The notes below the pieces were generated by a model, which worked only from the letters and a program-made list of their open reading frames with translations, did no database searches and was not told where the DNA came from. A stretch of DNA of 43,248 nucleotides from Lenisia limosa. Lineage: Eukaryota; Protista; Breviatea. Shown piece by piece: positions 40,504-43,248 of the stretch. The stretch is taken from the NCBI GenBank assembly GCA_001655205.1, contig LPNZ01009482.1, positions 1 through 43,248 on the forward strand, given 5' to 3'. The position numbers and the translations under genes were made by a program. Each line of letters begins with the position of its first letter. Positions within the stretch are counted from its first letter, which is position 1.

Positions 40504-42560
40504 TTAGCCGAGTTCATCCCGAGGAACACCTGCAACACAACCAAAGCCCACTCCTGACAATTCCCGAGGGCGTCCTGAGTGAAGGAATCATGTTCCTGCA
40601 GGGATTTTGGTTTGAGTCGGTTTTCCCAGTGATATTCATCATTTTTGGGCCTAGCGGGAAAAAGACATCTGCTTACAAATATTTTGTTCACGTTAAAAGT
40701 GAGACCTCAAACATGGTGCTAGCGAGGCTGGCTTTTTTGACATCTTAACAGATCGCTAAGTTCAGCTTTTGTCCTTTTGTGCTGATAATCCTTTTAAACT
40801 TCATCTTATATGAAATATAGAGCATTGATTGATCCTGAGAGGAATATTTTTCAATTTTCCTTATTAAATAATAAATTTTAACTGGGGATGCACTGATTCA
40901 AAAGAAGAAGAAAAGAAAACAAAAAAAAAGAAAAAATGATGAAAATACCAGGGGGAAATGACGAAAATGAAAATTTTTGGGTATATAATGTAATATCATA
41001 TCATACTGGTGTTTTATAGGAGTCTGCCATCTTCTGCTTTTTGCATTTTTTTTATTTTTTGACACATTTTTACTTCTCCTCAGGTTGTGGTGGATACCCC
41101 TGACGCTGCTGAGGTTGACAACAGGTGGGAACTGGGAAACAGTTCGTGTATTATCACTGGATATGTCTAATCTCTCCAGAGTGTAATTCAATATGCGGTA
41201 TGTTTCTGGTAGTATTCTAAGTCTAGTTCTTCTTTAGGTATAATTGTGATGTATTCTGATCTAACTATTTAAAAAAAAAATCTCGTTTAAGCGTCACCAT
41301 AGTCAGAGACAGAGTGTTCGGTCAATAACACCAATTCCCTTGTTTATATGAATGCATGCTTCCCAAGTGAGAATCGGTTAACAACCGCCAGCTTTGAATA
41401 ATGATACCCCTTCCTCGTCCTAGGCCAGCAGCATCATTTTGACAGTAAACAACCAGTCAAACTGATTCCATCCTGCTCTTCTCTTCTGGGATTGTGGGAT
41501 TCTGGGAAATAACGGTTTATAGGAGGTCAGGGGGTAAATCTATTCAGATTCACAATACAAAATATACGTTATATCCGTTAGTGGAAAGGAGAGCATGAGG
41601 AGAGGAGGATAAAAATAAGGAGCATGAAAACATATAACACCTCTTTCATGCAAAACAACTTTAAAACCTCGCTACCATCAGTAGAAAAGCTGAAGAAGAA
41701 CAAAAACTCACACAGATAAGTGGCGACAAGACAGATAGTTACGGCGGCGGCGGCGACGAAGACAAAAGACGGTCGATGAGAACGGGGCAACAGGGAAATG
41801 GTTGTGGCAGGTCGGCTTCAGGTCAGCTTCAGGGGGTTGTGTTAAAAACACCTTTGGGGTAAAGGATCAAAGTGTACTCTAATCCGAGAAAGAGGCTGCC
41901 CGAAGGCCAACTACGTTGCCAGGCAACGATAGCTTCGACCAGAAAGGTCGGTGGCCGTTTGACGGGCGAATCTCATGAGACTGCATTACTACAGCTCCAA
42001 TCAAGGCCTGGATGAAGACAGGAGGTGGAGGGAGTAGTTGCAGTAGCTAAGGGTGAAGGAAAATAAAGGTGTAGATAGTGAGATTATTCTCCGTGAGGTA
42101 ACTTAAATAGTCGCGCATGGACGGACTGACCGGGCCATGGAAGGTCATGCTCGGGGTGAGGGAGAGGTGATTGCCCGTGACACCTCGGGCGATTCTGAAA
42201 TCTGTGGTTGTTGGCGATTTGGGTCTCTTCTGGCGTGGGGGGGGGGGGGNNNNNNNNNNNNNNNNNNNNNNNNNNNNNNNNNNNNNNNNNNNNNNNNNNN
42301 NNNNNNNNNNNNNNNNNNNNNNNNNNNNNNNNNNNNNNNNNNNNNNNNNNNNNNNNNNNNNNNNNAGACAAATATATTGAAAGATGAAAATAAACACATA
42401 CAAACAAAAATACAATATCAGTAAACAACAAGAAGAAAAGAAACAGCGAAAACAAAGAAAAACTAATCTGAGGTGGCAGCGGACCAGCATACCAAGGAGA
42501 CCAAAACCTCCCAATCGACTTGCACTCATCGAACAAGGCGACGACAGCGCTCACCAAAAC
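40504..42560 (-). CDS. Poorly resolved multi-exon gene of unknown function, with one hydrophobic segment (SFVFVAAAAVTICLVATYL)
   Basis: GC-richer blocks bounded by AG/GT on the minus strand; candidate last exons NMIPSLRTPSGIVR|SVPRDELG* (TAA 40506-40504). Frames and strand are not secure. Confidence 0.3.
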
Positions 42561-42943
42561 GCGATTTTTTGAAAGGACAAGAAATGTATTTTTCGAAAAA
42601 CATTAAGTAAACAAAAGCTAATAAAGATATATAGGAGAGCGGCGGCGGAGTGGACGGAGACGGGCTGGAGGGAGTGATCTCTTCTGGAGCGGGGCGGTGG
42701 GCGGTCTGGCAGCGGAAAACAGACTAGAACGAGGCAGCGAGATGGTGATTACTTCTGTGGTGACGCGGCGGGTGGTCTGGGCACTTGGTTTATGGGTTTC
42801 ATATCACATAAAACGATTTATGGGTTTCACCTATCACATAATAATGTAATAGGGATGATATTCAATTGTTGTAAATNNNNNNNNNNCGAGGTATTATCTT
42901 TTTTGTCTATGATCCTAAAGTTATTGGAGTCATATAAATTTTG

Positions 42944-43015
42944 GCTGTGATAGTATAATGGTCAGTACAACAGATTGTGGCTCTGTAAATCCCGGTTCGA
43001 TTCCGGGTCATGGCA
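42944..43015 (+). tRNA. tRNA-His (GTG), intronless
   Basis: GCTGTGA/TCATGGC acceptor stem, D arm, ACAGA-TTGTGGC-TCTGT anticodon arm, GGTTCGATTCC T arm, discriminator A, followed by a T-rich Pol III terminator. Confidence 0.97.
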
Positions 43016-43111
43016 TTTCTTTTTATTTTATTTTCAAAGAAAGAGGAACAGCATTTTTTTGTTTTTTCAAATTTCTCTTTATTGGGAAGAAAAGAAGCGC
43101 AATGTAACAGA

Positions 43112-43200
43112 ATGAGTATGATAGCGCGGATTGTGACCAGGATCGGGCGGCTTGTCCATGGCTTTGACCCGTCAACGAGCCGCCTTCGTCTGATGGAGAG
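43112..43200 (+). CDS. Possible first exon of the next gene (MSMIARIVTRIGRLVHGFDPSTSRLRLMER)
   Basis: ATG 43112, GAG|gtgggg donor at 43201 and a downstream G-run. No homology recognised. Confidence 0.35.
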
Positions 43201-43248
43201 GTGGGGGTATTGGTGTCAGATTGTTGATTGTAGAGTGGGGGGGGGGGG

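Noticed and set aside
899-42887. N runs as biological features
   Set aside because: They are assembly gaps, mostly next to G/C homopolymers or tandem repeats, and their lengths are estimates.

Overview
Eukaryotic, intron-dense genomic DNA, probably a protist; the taxon cannot be fixed from this window. Exons are short and introns are mostly GT-AG, about 45-320 nt, so most of the supplied ORF track is spurious. I rebuilt gene models by hand by matching splice phases. Contents in order: (1) the 3' end of an unknown + gene (80-310); (2) a long unknown - gene with RS-rich exons (323-13442); (3) a - gene starting with a signal peptide (ATG 15453); (4) a single phase-consistent + gene (15990-26936) encoding Rac/Rho GTPase - degenerate second Rho domain - PH-like - WD40 repeats - about 8 TM helices - C2H2 zinc finger, which is the most unusual item; (5) dynactin p25/DCTN5 on - (27031-29430); (6) a large type-I surface protein with a beta-propeller-like region and eight 6-Cys sushi-like modules (29852 to at least 40270); (7) a poorly resolved - gene; (8) tRNA-His(GTG). 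Introns carry three MITE families (hAT-like, Tc1-like, PIF/Harbinger-like) and a fourth dispersed repeat. One hAT MITE appears to have created a new intron. Introns also show G-runs after donors, C-runs before acceptors and recurrent ATCAT/ATGAT palindromes. All exon joins are manual predictions without RNA evidence, and N gaps hide several exons.
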